Shown piece by piece: positions 1 to 9,025 of a stretch of DNA of 64,000 bases (the stretch's first letter is position 1; every line of letters begins with the position of its first letter). The position numbers and the translations under genes are program-made. The notes beneath the pieces were generated by a model, which was not told the origin of the DNA, searched no databases, and was given only the letters and a program-made list of their open reading frames with translations. Origin of the DNA: Candidatus Magasanikiibacteriota bacterium (GTDB taxonomy: Bacteria; Patescibacteriota; Patescibacteriia; Magasanikbacterales; GWA2-37-8); NCBI GenBank assembly GCA_963802255.1, contig CAWDHY010000002.1:83984-147983 (forward strand), read 5' to 3'.

Positions 1-453
1 AAGATGCCGCAGATAATCCATAGTAACTTCGTAGGTTGGTAAAAGGTTTGTTGAGTCTTCATTTTCTTTTATTAGGCCGCGCATAAGCAAATTTCTGAGA
101 ATCAAAGCGCAATTTACCCCGCGAATTTGCTCTAATTCCGGCTTAGTAATCGGCCCGCAATAGGAAATAACTGTCAATGTTTCGAGTTGCGGACGGGTTA
201 GTTCACCACTGACTTCTGCTTTTAAAAATTTTTCCGCAACCGTTCGATTTTCAGGATTTGACACCAGTTGCCATTCATCATTATTTTGCAAAAGAGATAC
301 GCCGGAATTTTGCGAATTATATTTCATCTTAAGCGATTGAAGCGCGTCAGTTACCATCGTTTCTTCCGCGTCCATTGCTTTAGCGATTTTTTTTAGTCCA
401 AGCGGCTTTGAAGCGACGAACAGTATTGATTCTATTTGTGAAATTATAGACAT
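1..453 (-). CDS. scpB: Segregation and condensation protein B (ScpB). Partial: the C-terminus runs off the window edge
   Basis: Manual minus-strand translation from ATG 453..451 to position 1 is open: MSIISQIESILFVASKPLGLKKIAKAM...PELEQIRGVNCALILRNLLMRGLIKE, a typical ScpB winged-helix sequence. It starts 2 nt after the scpA stop, in the conserved scpA-scpB order. Confidence 0.8.
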   Translation of the reverse strand, partial: MSIISQIESILFVASKPLGLKKIAKAMDAEETMVTDALQSLKMKYNSQNSGVSLLQNNDEWQLVSNPENRTVAEKFLKAEVSGELTRPQLETLTVISYCGPITKPELEQIRGVNCALILRNLLMRGLIKENEDSTNLLPTYEVTMDYLRHL

Positions 454-455
454 AT

Positions 456-1148
456 TTAAATTTTTGAAATTTCCAAATCGGCGAATGTTTTATTTTGGTA
501 TACGGCGGCATTTCCGAATTTAACCAATTCAAGAATAGCTAAAAATGAAATAATTACTTCTGTTTTATTTTCCGCACCGGCAAGAATCGTTGAAAAATTT
601 AATTTCTTATGCCGTTTCAGCAAGTCAAAGATTGAATCAATTTTTTGTTTTACACTTATCGCCCGGTCAATACTTATCTTCGGCAACGGATTAATCGGTT
701 TAAGGCGCTTTAATAAATTAACAAATGCCTGTTTTAAATCATCCCCTTTTGCGTTTACCGGCAAAACAAAGCCTTCCGCTTTTACCGGCGATTCTAAACG
801 CCCATAACCGACAACATTTTTATTCCATAAACGGTCAACATCGCGGCTGGCCTCGATGTAGCGCTTATACATCTTTAACTGATCGGCTAAAGAAGGCCCA
901 TCATCTTCTTCGGGCGATATTTGAGGTAGAAGATTTTTTGATTTCATGTAAACCAGTTTGGTTGCGATCACCAAAAAATCCGCCAGTTCCTCCGGACGCC
1001 TTTCCTCAAGTTTATTGAGGTAAGCAAAATATTGCTCCGTAACTTTGGAAAGAGCGATGTCATTAATATTTAATTTCTCCTGTTCAATAAGAGCCAGGAG
1101 CAAATCAAGTGGCCCGCTGAATTGTTCCAGCTTAATTTCCCTCATCAC
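456..1148 (-). CDS. scpA: Segregation and condensation protein A (ScpA)
   Basis: 230 aa ORF with N-terminal LDLLLALIEQEKLNINDIALSKVTEQY, characteristic of ScpA. Followed by scpB. Confidence 0.85.
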   Translation of the reverse strand: MMREIKLEQFSGPLDLLLALIEQEKLNINDIALSKVTEQYFAYLNKLEERRPEELADFLVIATKLVYMKSKNLLPQISPEEDDGPSLADQLKMYKRYIEASRDVDRLWNKNVVGYGRLESPVKAEGFVLPVNAKGDDLKQAFVNLLKRLKPINPLPKISIDRAISVKQKIDSIFDLLKRHKKLNFSTILAGAENKTEVIISFLAILELVKFGNAAVYQNKTFADLEISKI

Positions 1149-2536
1149 TTCAATTTTATATGCACATCGTCAAGCGCAGAATCAGGCATTGGCGATGGTG
1201 CACCCATCATCAAATCCCGCGAATCACCGGTTTTCGGAAAAGCGATTACTTCGCGTACACTATCTTCGCCTTGGAGTAACATAAGCAAACGGTCCAGGCC
1301 CAAAGCAATACCGCCGTGAGGCGGGACGCCGTAAGTGAACGCTTCAAGCATATGGCCAAAACGCTCTTTAATATCGTTTCCATCCACGCCCAAAATCTCA
1401 AAAATCTTTTTTTGCAACTCGGCATTGAAAATTCTTAAGCTACCACCACCGACTTCACAGCCGTTCAAAACCAAATCATAACAGTATGCGCGGACTTTTT
1501 CCGGTTCGCTATCCAGCATCGGTAAATCTTCGTTCATCGGGCGTGTAAACGGATGATGCGCGCTAACCAAGCGATTTTCCGTTTCACTTTTTTCAAACAA
1601 CGGAAAGTCCACCACCCAGGCAAAGGCTAGTTCGTTATTATCAGTTTTGTCTTGGCGTAAATCCGGCTTGTCCGAATTATATTTGTCTTTGGCTTCGGCC
1701 CAGGTCAATCGTGGAAACGGTTGGGCCATAATTTTCTTTTCCGGATATAATTTTTCCACCAGTTCAATCATCGCCTGCTCCATGAGCTGAATAATATCTT
1801 CCTGACTCAAAAAAGACATTTCCAAATCCAGTTGAGTAAATTCCGGTTGGCGGTCACCACGCATGTCCTCATCACGAAAACAACGGGCAATTTGAAAATA
1901 TTTTTCTACCCCGCCTACCATCAGCAATTGTTTAAACTGTTGTGGCGACTGTGGCAAGACATAAAAACTGCCTTTATAAATTCTGGACGGTACCAGAAAC
2001 TCACGCGCGCCTTCGGGCGTGCCCTTGGTCAAATCCGGGGTTTCAATTTCCCAATAGCCTTTTTCGGAAAAATAATTACGCAAAAATAGATTCACGTTGT
2101 GGCGCATTTTCAGATTATTTTTCATGCGCTCGGAGCGCAGATCCAAATAGCGGTATTTCAGGCGCAGTTCTTCGCTTATTTCTTTTGTATCGCTATCCAC
2201 GGCGAACGGCATGGGTTCGGATGCGGTGATAATGGAAATTTCTTTAGCCAAAAGTTCAACCGTGCCGGTTGGCATATCCGGGTTGACCTGTTTGGCACCA
2301 CGCGCCTGCACAATGCCGCGAATTTCCAATAAATATTCCAAACGAGCGTCACGCATTGCTTCCAGGGATTTTTCATCCAGTTCCGCCGGCACGCCGACCA
2401 CTTGGATAATTCCCTCGCGGTCGCGCAAATCAAAAAACGCGATTTTACCCATATCACGACGGGCATTCACCCAGCCTTTGAGCAAAACTTCCTCCCCTAT
2501 TTTATCAACTGTTTCAGTTGTATAAATTCTATTCAT
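1145..2536 (-). CDS. aspS: Aspartate--tRNA ligase, short form without the GAD insertion domain (possibly non-discriminating)
   Basis: 463 aa with class II AspRS motifs QSPQQFKQLLMVGGVEKYFQIARCFRDEDMRGDRQPEFTQLDLEMSF and GGGSLRI. It is about 130 aa shorter than the usual bacterial AspRS. Confidence 0.8.
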   Translation of the reverse strand: MNRIYTTETVDKIGEEVLLKGWVNARRDMGKIAFFDLRDREGIIQVVGVPAELDEKSLEAMRDARLEYLLEIRGIVQARGAKQVNPDMPTGTVELLAKEISIITASEPMPFAVDSDTKEISEELRLKYRYLDLRSERMKNNLKMRHNVNLFLRNYFSEKGYWEIETPDLTKGTPEGAREFLVPSRIYKGSFYVLPQSPQQFKQLLMVGGVEKYFQIARCFRDEDMRGDRQPEFTQLDLEMSFLSQEDIIQLMEQAMIELVEKLYPEKKIMAQPFPRLTWAEAKDKYNSDKPDLRQDKTDNNELAFAWVVDFPLFEKSETENRLVSAHHPFTRPMNEDLPMLDSEPEKVRAYCYDLVLNGCEVGGGSLRIFNAELQKKIFEILGVDGNDIKERFGHMLEAFTYGVPPHGGIALGLDRLLMLLQGEDSVREVIAFPKTGDSRDLMMGAPSPMPDSALDDVHIKLK

Positions 2537-2541
2537 ATATT

Positions 2542-3543
2542 TTATGCATTGCCAAACATTTCGGCGATTTCAACGAGCCGATGAGAATAACCCATTTCAT
2601 TGTCATACCAGGCGACAACTTTAACCAAATCGCCTTCAACCACATTGGTCATTTTTAAATCAACAATAGAAGAAAAAGGATTACCGACAAAATCTGATGA
2701 AACCAATTCTTCTTCGGTAGTCAAAAGAATATGATGAAAACGAGCGGTTTTTGAGGCGTCCGTCAAAGTCTGATTTATTTCTTCTTTAGTAGTTTTCTTC
2801 TTTAGTACAACTGTAATATCAGCAAGTGATACTGTCGGCACTGGCACACGAATGGAAATGCCGTCAAAAATTCCTTTCAAATCAGGAATAACTTCACCGA
2901 CCGCTTTGGCCGCGCCCGTAGTTGTCGGCACAATATTCTCGGCTGCCGCGCGGGCCCGGCGCAAATCTTTGTGCGGACCGTCCTGCAAATTTTGGTCAGA
3001 TGTGTAACCGTGCACTGTTGTCATCATCGCTTTTTCAATGCCAAATTTTTCTTCAAGAACCGCCATTACCGGGGCGATACAATTGGTGGTGCAAGAGGCA
3101 TTATTAATAACCAATTTTTCTTCCTTTGAAACTTCATCGCAATTCACTCCGCGCACATATGTCGGGATATCCCCTCCTTTGCCAGGAGCGGATAATATCA
3201 CCTTGCGTGCCCCGGCTTGAATGTGCAGTTCAGCCCCTTCCAATTTAGTAAATTTACCGGTGCACTCCAAAACAACGTCAACTTTCATTTTTTTCCAAGG
3301 CAGCACCGCCGGGTCTTTTTCGGCGAACACCGGAATTTTTTCGCCGTCAATAATAATGTTAGTTTCATCATAAGAAACTTCTTTGTCGTAAAGATCGTAT
3401 GATGTGTCATATTTAAGTAAATGGGCCAGAGTTTTTGGGTCGGTTAAATCATTGATAGCGACAATATCAATTCCCTTTTTTCCAAAGGCAATTTTAAACG
3501 CTTGACGGCCGATTCGGCCAAAACCGTTGATGGCTAAGTTCAT
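2542..3543 (-). CDS. gap: Glyceraldehyde-3-phosphate dehydrogenase
   Basis: 333 aa with NGFGRIGR Rossmann motif and the ASCTTNCIAP active-site signature. Confidence 0.95.
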   Translation of the reverse strand: MNLAINGFGRIGRQAFKIAFGKKGIDIVAINDLTDPKTLAHLLKYDTSYDLYDKEVSYDETNIIIDGEKIPVFAEKDPAVLPWKKMKVDVVLECTGKFTKLEGAELHIQAGARKVILSAPGKGGDIPTYVRGVNCDEVSKEEKLVINNASCTTNCIAPVMAVLEEKFGIEKAMMTTVHGYTSDQNLQDGPHKDLRRARAAAENIVPTTTGAAKAVGEVIPDLKGIFDGISIRVPVPTVSLADITVVLKKKTTKEEINQTLTDASKTARFHHILLTTEEELVSSDFVGNPFSSIVDLKMTNVVEGDLVKVVAWYDNEMGYSHRLVEIAEMFGNA

Positions 3544-3623
3544 ATGGATTATAAATGATTATTTGGAATTAAATCTATATTATTATAGCGGGAAACAAAG
3601 GTGGTGGCAAGGAAAGGTTTAAA

Positions 3624-3652
3624 TAAAAAAAATCCCTCGCCTTAGCGGGGAT
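3624..3652 (-). terminator. Rho-independent terminator downstream of the RlmI-like gene
   Basis: Hairpin ATCCCTCGC-CTTA-GCGGGGAT with an A-run on the plus strand (a T-run on the minus transcript). Confidence 0.55.
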
Positions 3653-3658
3653 AGCAAG

Positions 3659-4855
3659 CTAAACGACCCTCGCAAACAAGCACTTCAGATATTCCCCTTC
3701 TATAAACGAAACCAATTCCGGATGGTCAATGCCGTGAGTAAATGTTTCTAAAATCTGCACTGTTTTTCGGGTACGGCCGGCAGCTTCGGATACTGTGTAG
3801 CGGAAATCCTGAAGAGATACATGCATTGAGCAGGAAGCTGTAACCAAAATTCCCTCGGACGATAATAGCCGAAAAGCCATTTCATTTATTTTTTTATAAC
3901 CCATCAAACCTTCATGAATTTTACGACGGTCTTTAACAAAGGCCGGTGGGTCTAAAATAATAACATCAAAATCTTCGCGGACATCCGGATCTTTTTGTAC
4001 CAAATCAGTCAGATAATCTTTAACATCGGCACAAACAAATTCGCATTTTTTGGTATTCAAGCCGTTGAGTTTAACATTTTCCTCAGCTAGTTCCAGAGCC
4101 TCTTCCGCTGAATCCACACTTACCACTTTTTTTGCTCCGGCCGCGAGCGCGTAAACGCTGAACCCGCCGGTATAACTGAAACAATTTAAAACATTTTTAC
4201 CATCAACATATTTTTGAAGCGCGGCTCGCTTATCACGCTGGTCCAGAAAGAACCCTGTTTTTTGTCCGCGCGCCACATCCACCCAAAACTTCAAACCATT
4301 TTCCGTAATTTTAATTTTGTCCGGAACATCACCGGAAACAATGCCGGTTTTTGCCCCTGTCTTTTCCTCTTTTCTCCCGCCGACATCCGAACGCTCATAA
4401 ATCCCCTTCGGTTTAACAACTTTTTCCAATGCGTCAATAATCGTCATTTTCCATAACTCAATGCCGGGATTGTGGAATTGGACACATAAGTAGTCACCAT
4501 ATTTATCCACAATCAGTCCGGGCAACAAATCATTCTCGCTGTTTATCAGGCGATATGAATCAGTTTGTTTGGATTCAATATAATCGCAACGCGTCTTAAA
4601 GGCAGAACTCACGCGCCTCATAAAAAAACCCAAATCAATTTTTTCCTCTTCATTCCAGCTCCAAAGCCGAACCGCCATCTGAGAATATGAATTGAAATAT
4701 CCTTGTGCCAAAAATCCATCGCGCTCATCATAGAGCGCGACCGGCATTCCGCTTGATATACCTTCAGGCAGACGTTTTATTGCCCCTTGAAATACCCAGG
4801 GATGGCGGCCGAGAATAGGGCCAACACGATTTTTATGAATTATAAGTTTTATCAT
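3659..4855 (-). CDS. RlmI-like class I SAM-dependent rRNA methyltransferase with an N-terminal PUA-like domain
   Basis: 398 aa. The N-terminal HPWVFQGAI motif and the central GQKTGFFLDQRDKR...VLNCFSYTGGFSV...VDSAEEALELAEENVKLNGL are typical of 23S rRNA m5C1962 methyltransferase RlmI/RlmK. Confidence 0.7.
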   Translation of the reverse strand: MIKLIIHKNRVGPILGRHPWVFQGAIKRLPEGISSGMPVALYDERDGFLAQGYFNSYSQMAVRLWSWNEEEKIDLGFFMRRVSSAFKTRCDYIESKQTDSYRLINSENDLLPGLIVDKYGDYLCVQFHNPGIELWKMTIIDALEKVVKPKGIYERSDVGGRKEEKTGAKTGIVSGDVPDKIKITENGLKFWVDVARGQKTGFFLDQRDKRAALQKYVDGKNVLNCFSYTGGFSVYALAAGAKKVVSVDSAEEALELAEENVKLNGLNTKKCEFVCADVKDYLTDLVQKDPDVREDFDVIILDPPAFVKDRRKIHEGLMGYKKINEMAFRLLSSEGILVTASCSMHVSLQDFRYTVSEAAGRTRKTVQILETFTHGIDHPELVSFIEGEYLKCLFARVV

Positions 4856-4935
4856 AACACTGAAATTCTATCTAATTTTTAGCTAAATAACAAGGGCTAT
4901 TCGGGTAAAGCCTGAACATCAGCCGCTTATACTAA

Positions 4936-4969
4936 TAAAAAAAGCCGGCGGTCATTACCCCGTCCGGCT
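4936..4969. terminator. Bidirectional stem-loop terminator
   Basis: AGCCGGCGG-loop-CCGTCCGGCT hairpin with an A-run upstream and a T-rich tract downstream. Confidence 0.45.
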
Positions 4970-5006
4970 TTGGTCTTTTAACCAGAAAAATGAACACGAT
5001 CTACTT

Positions 5007-5321
5007 CTATTCACACTCAACAAACATGCGCCGCATTGCCGGCGAGGACGGCACGCGCTTCGCGAACGCTTTTCTTGTCTTCTTGCGCATTGCACTAAGA
5101 GCGATCTTCTTGATCTTTTCCAGCCGTTCTACCACTTCACGCCTTTTTGGTCTTTCGGATTTCAATTTATCCGAAGCGGCTATAAGAACAGCATGCCAAT
5201 GAGCGAACTCGAACTGTCTAAAATATTCCTCTGATAACCTGTCGAAATTTTTAACTACTGTCGGACCAAACGTCTCGAAATCGACGACCAAATGGCTGGC
5301 CACTCTCTTACGCTGAGACAT
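5007..5321 (-). CDS. Hypothetical small basic protein (orphan)
   Basis: ORF track 5007..5351. The internal Met (MSQRKRVASHLVVDFE...) is preceded by AAGGAGG with a 6-nt spacer, so the likely start is near 5321. Arg/Lys-rich, GC locally about 47%. No recognisable domain. Confidence 0.45.
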   Translation of the reverse strand: MSQRKRVASHLVVDFETFGPTVVKNFDRLSEEYFRQFEFAHWHAVLIAASDKLKSERPKRREVVERLEKIKKIALSAMRKKTRKAFAKRVPSSPAMRRMFVECE

Positions 5322-5451
5322 ACCTGCCCTCCTTTTTTCTTTTACAATCAAGACCGATTTTTTCCGAAGATTGTCCGAGATTATATCTTATTAGAAAAAA
5401 ATGTCAAATTTTTACAATATATAATTAATAATGAAATTATTTTTACAAAAT

Positions 5452-5488
5452 AAAAAAATCCCCGGCTCTATACCGGAGATTTTTTTAA
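5452..5488. terminator. Stem-loop terminator between the orphan gene and tsf
   Basis: ATCCCCGG-CTCTATA-CCGGAGAT hairpin flanked by A7 and T7 runs. Confidence 0.5.
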
Positions 5489-5495
5489 AATTTAT

Positions 5496-6350
5496 TTATT
5501 TCATCTGTTCAGCTACTTCTGCCGCAAAATCACACTGTTTCTTTTCAATCCCTTCTCCTAACTCATAGCGCCAAAACGCCACGACAGTTGCACCCGCTTC
5601 TTCAGCTAATTTGCCGACGGTTTTTTCTTCGTCCTTAACATACGGCTGTTCCAAAAGACAGATTTCACCGTAATACTTGTCCATCTTTCCTTTGACAATA
5701 TTTTCAATGATATTTTCCGGTTTTCCTTGCGCGCGCAATTGTTCTGAAGCAATCTCTTTCTCCTTGTTAATTTCTGTCGCATCAACTGATTCACGGTTCA
5801 AATATTTCGGATTGGCTCCGGCGATATGCATGGCGATATCTTTTGCCAGATCTTCATTTCCTCCGGCCATTTTTACCAAGACTGAAATTTTTCCACCCAT
5901 ATGAATATAACTGCCGATGATTTCCCCTTCTCCTGCCTCAACAACCTGGAGACGGCGTAAAATTATCTTTTCACCGATTTTTGTAACAGCTTCATTAAAT
6001 TTGTTCTGAAGTTCCGGGATAGCCATTGCCTCTTCAACTGTGGCCGGTTTTTCTTTTACGGCGATATCAGCAATTAAATTAACCAAATTCTTAAAGTCAT
6101 CACCTTTTGCCACAAAATCAGTTTCAGCATTTACTTCAATAACCGCGGCTACATTGCCAGCCACTTTAATTGCTGTTAATCCTTCCGCCGCAATTTTATT
6201 ATCTCTTTTCGCCGCTTTGATAATCCCTTTTTTACGCAAAATTTCCGTGGCCTTTTCCATATCTCCTTCTGACTCATCTAAAGCCTTCTTACAATCCATC
6301 ATCCCTGCGCCGGTCATTTCGCGCAATTTTGTAATGTCTTGAGTTGTCAT
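5496..6350 (-). CDS. tsf: Elongation factor Ts
   Basis: MTTQDITKLREMTGAGMMDCKKALDESEGDMEKATEILRKKG is the canonical EF-Ts N-terminus. The true start is taken at the internal Met (ATG at 6350), not the upstream in-frame extension in the ORF track. Confidence 0.9.
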   Translation of the reverse strand: MTTQDITKLREMTGAGMMDCKKALDESEGDMEKATEILRKKGIIKAAKRDNKIAAEGLTAIKVAGNVAAVIEVNAETDFVAKGDDFKNLVNLIADIAVKEKPATVEEAMAIPELQNKFNEAVTKIGEKIILRRLQVVEAGEGEIIGSYIHMGGKISVLVKMAGGNEDLAKDIAMHIAGANPKYLNRESVDATEINKEKEIASEQLRAQGKPENIIENIVKGKMDKYYGEICLLEQPYVKDEEKTVGKLAEEAGATVVAFWRYELGEGIEKKQCDFAAEVAEQMK

Positions 6351-6410
6351 ATAAATATTATTATGGTGTTGCCGAAAAAATATTTTCAGCATCCCCCTTC
6401 ATAAAAAATT

Positions 6411-7193
6411 TTAGTCGGAACCTTCTTTTCTTATCGCTCTTCGTGGCTGAGGTTTTTCAATCTCAGGTTTTTTCTCATCTTTTGGCGCTTCCATCTTTTT
6501 TCTTTCAAATTCCTTTTTACCTTCGTTTATCGCTTCAGCCAAAAGATCGGCCATAATTTTAATTGAATTTACCGCGTCATCGTTTGCCGGAATCGGATAG
6601 TCCGCGTCATGCGGGTTAACATTGGTATCGCAAATGCCGATTACCGGTACATGCCTGCGGGTTGTCTCCGCTAAAGCGGTCTTTTCCGTGCGCATATCGG
6701 CGATATATATTGCATCCGGCATTTTTTCCAAATTAGACAGACCAACCAAATATCTATCCATTTTTTCCAAATCTTTTTTGAATTTTACCTGTTCTTTTTT
6801 GGTGTATTTTTCAACTTCTCCTGAAGCCATTTGTTCGTGCATGCTGTGATATTTTCTCAACCGGCGTTTTACTTCTTCAAAATTGGTTAAAAGTCCGCCG
6901 ATCCATCGTTCAACTAAATATGGCATCCCGCAAGAATCAGCTGCGGCTTTTATCAAGTCGCGGGTCTGGCGTTTGGTGCCGACAAATAAAATAACCTTGC
7001 CTTCAGCGGCGAGGTTCTTCGCGTAATCAAGAGCCTTCTCGAGCATTTCGAGAGTTTTCTCCAGATCAATAATATGAATTCCCCCGCGAGCGCCGTATAT
7101 ATACGGTTGCATTTTGGGGTGCCAACGGGATTTCTGATGACCAAAATGAATTCCGGCTTTCAGTAAATCCAGCAAAGACGGTAGCTTTGACAT
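6411..7193 (-). CDS. rpsB: 30S ribosomal protein S2, with a Lys/Glu-rich C-terminal tail
   Basis: MSKLPSLLDLLKAGIHFGHQKSRWHPKMQPYIYGARGGIHIIDLEKT is the canonical S2 N-terminus. The start is taken at the internal Met (7193). The rpsB-tsf operon order is conserved. Confidence 0.9.
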   Translation of the reverse strand: MSKLPSLLDLLKAGIHFGHQKSRWHPKMQPYIYGARGGIHIIDLEKTLEMLEKALDYAKNLAAEGKVILFVGTKRQTRDLIKAAADSCGMPYLVERWIGGLLTNFEEVKRRLRKYHSMHEQMASGEVEKYTKKEQVKFKKDLEKMDRYLVGLSNLEKMPDAIYIADMRTEKTALAETTRRHVPVIGICDTNVNPHDADYPIPANDDAVNSIKIMADLLAEAINEGKKEFERKKMEAPKDEKKPEIEKPQPRRAIRKEGSD

Positions 7194-7320
7194 AGATGTT
7201 TTTCCTTTAACCTCCCAACCCTGCTCCGAGGATTGGCCCCAGAGAGGAAAAAAGTTTAGCCGTTTTCGGGCTAATCCGCCTTGGGCGGAGAGTTGGTGAG
7301 AGATGATTAACCCCGTTATA
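7194..7320 (-). promoter_or_regulatory. Candidate structured 5' leader of the rpsB-tsf operon
   Basis: About 130 nt untranslated region with several short hairpins (CCGCC-CAA-GGCGG, AGCC-CGAAAAC-GGCT) and GGAGG/AAGGA near the start. S2 autoregulates its leader in other bacteria. Inference only. Confidence 0.25.
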
Positions 7321-7357
7321 TAAAAACAGGTTATCGCGAGTATAACCTGTTTTTTGA
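7320..7357. terminator. Rho-independent terminator after the PP2C phosphatase gene
   Basis: AACAGGTTATCGCGAGTATAACCTGTT perfect hairpin flanked by A5 and T6. Confidence 0.7.
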
Positions 7358-7374
7358 ATTTCGTCAAGAGGTCT

Positions 7375-8337
7375 TTAGGCAGCCTTTTCATCTTTCAAAT
7401 CTTCCTCATCAAGCTCAATTTCTGATTCTTCAAAGCCCTGAAAATCAACCCATGCTACGGTTATGTCATCCTTTTTATTCGCTCTCTTGTTATTTTCATC
7501 AGTCTGAGCGGCTATCCCATTCTCAATCAGCGCTTTTTTGATTGCACCGGCGCCCTTTGATTCATTACCGCGAATAATTTTTTCAATATTTGCATCGGTA
7601 GTTGAATCTGTTAAGCCGTCCGAACAAAGCAAAATTTTATCGCCCTTTTGCAATTTTACGGTATTTATACTCATTTCCCTATCATCAATATTTTGGCCTG
7701 CTAGACCGCCGAAAGTAACATTTCTTAAACTGCCGATAGTCATTTCTCCGGCCTTGCGGTTACTTCTAATTACCATACCCATTATTCTTGAAAGTTGGGG
7801 ATTTTCCGAAATATTATTCTTTTTAACGTATTCACTTAAGGTTATTGATAAAACCTCGTCATTTTGATCGTCAATATTAAGCTTCAATGAATCATTTAAA
7901 AAACTTACAAAAGAATGCTCCTTACTGATCTTTTCCAATTTCCCTTCTCTAAATAGATACGCGATGCTATCGCCGGAATTACCTACTGTTAACATTGGTT
8001 CTCTAGTTTTCTTATCAAGCCAAACTTCACTGCCAACAAATGTTGTGCCAATTTTACTATTCTCAGCTGATGCGGTCTGCTCTATTTTTATCCGGCTATT
8101 AGCCTGTAGCATCACTTCTTTCATTTGGTTTTCCGCAGACGCTTTATCTTTAGCGATATTTGATTTGGCATAGCATTTTCCAAATGTTTCTACACCGACA
8201 GAACTGGCAATATCTCCTCTGCCCGTACCTCCCATACCGTCAAAAACTCCGATTATTTCTACCGTTTTGCAATTCAATACAAGCATCCTGATTAACCCAT
8301 CCTTCAGCTTCTTTTCCGCGGGATTCAGCTGCGACAT
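7375..8337 (-). CDS. PP2C-family Ser/Thr protein phosphatase
   Basis: 320 aa with the GVFDGMGG metal-binding motif and a CSDGLTD motif typical of PPM/PP2C phosphatases. Confidence 0.7.
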   Translation of the reverse strand: MSQLNPAEKKLKDGLIRMLVLNCKTVEIIGVFDGMGGTGRGDIASSVGVETFGKCYAKSNIAKDKASAENQMKEVMLQANSRIKIEQTASAENSKIGTTFVGSEVWLDKKTREPMLTVGNSGDSIAYLFREGKLEKISKEHSFVSFLNDSLKLNIDDQNDEVLSITLSEYVKKNNISENPQLSRIMGMVIRSNRKAGEMTIGSLRNVTFGGLAGQNIDDREMSINTVKLQKGDKILLCSDGLTDSTTDANIEKIIRGNESKGAGAIKKALIENGIAAQTDENNKRANKKDDITVAWVDFQGFEESEIELDEEDLKDEKAA

Positions 8338-8533
8338 CAGCTACAAACTCCTTTTCATTCAGGTCTTCTTCATTCGTTTCATCTTCAAAGTCAGCTAAAA
8401 ACTCATCCTTGGCCGAAGGCTCTTTAAAAATCACTTCCGCGCCTTCAATCATAACCGGCCCGACAGGCCCTTTTTCCTGCGGCTTTTTTCCGAACAATTT
8501 GGCAAATCCTTCTTTAAACATAGGGGTTGACAA
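8240..8533 (-). CDS. Hypothetical acidic 97-aa protein. Possibly spurious, or overlapping the PP2C start
   Basis: ORF overlaps the 5' about 100 nt of the PP2C ORF in another frame. Acidic composition, no recognisable domain. Confidence 0.25.
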   Translation of the reverse strand: MSTPMFKEGFAKLFGKKPQEKGPVGPVMIEGAEVIFKEPSAKDEFLADFEDETNEEDLNEKEFVADVAAESRGKEAEGWVNQDACIELQNGRNNRSF

Positions 8534-8557
8534 TATTATTTTTTATGCTATGATTAT
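8527..8557 (+). promoter_or_regulatory. Candidate sigma70-type promoter for rpmE
   Basis: TTGACA, 16-nt spacer, TATGAT, about 80 nt upstream of the rpmE ATG. Confidence 0.4.
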
Positions 8558-8633
8558 AGCACTTTTAAACATATAAATATAGCATATTTTGACCAAAAAG
8601 TCAATAGTTTCGCTAAAAATACAATAATCTTCT

Positions 8634-8918
8634 ATGAACAAAGATATCCATCCAGAGTTTCATAATGACTGTGTGGTTACCTGCGCCTGCGGGAACACCT
8701 TTAAAACCGGCTCAATATTAAAGGAAATACGTGTAGAACTGTGCAATATGTGCCACCCGTTTTACACCGGAAAACAAAAATTCGTTGATACTGCCCGTCG
8801 GGTGGAAAAATTCCAAGAAAGAGCAGGCAAGCAAACCGCGGCTTCAGCAGAAAGAAAAGGTAAAAAGGTAAAAAAGGCCACTTCTGCGGCAAAAAAGAAA
8901 GCAAAAAAGAACGAATAA
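8634..8918 (+). CDS. rpmE: 50S ribosomal protein L31 (zinc-ribbon form) with a Lys-rich C-terminal extension
   Basis: [27 protein letters not shown]...[12 protein letters not shown] matches L31 with both CxxC pairs. Confidence 0.9.
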   Translation: MNKDIHPEFHNDCVVTCACGNTFKTGSILKEIRVELCNMCHPFYTGKQKFVDTARRVEKFQERAGKQTAASAERKGKKVKKATSAAKKKAKKNE

Positions 8919-8925
8919 TCAATAA

Positions 8926-8952
8926 AAACAGGCCAAATTTGGCCTGTTTTCT
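8926..8952 (+). terminator. Rho-independent terminator of rpmE
   Basis: AACAGGCCAAATTTGGCCTGTT hairpin followed by a T-run. Confidence 0.75.
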
Positions 8953-9025
8953 AATATTGACAAATAGCACAAAATGTGCTACGGTTAAGTGCCAATAAAA
9001 ACGTTCATTGACAAAGGAGAAAAAC

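Noticed and set aside
7194-7374. tRNA or other small RNA genes in intergenic gaps
   Set aside because: Gaps examined: 7194..7374, 8534..8633, 19826..19906, 27901..28090, 51330..51658, 63052..63301. No cloverleaf-compatible sequence (for example GGTTCGAAT-type T-arm) was found in any of them. Only leaders, terminators and repeat elements.
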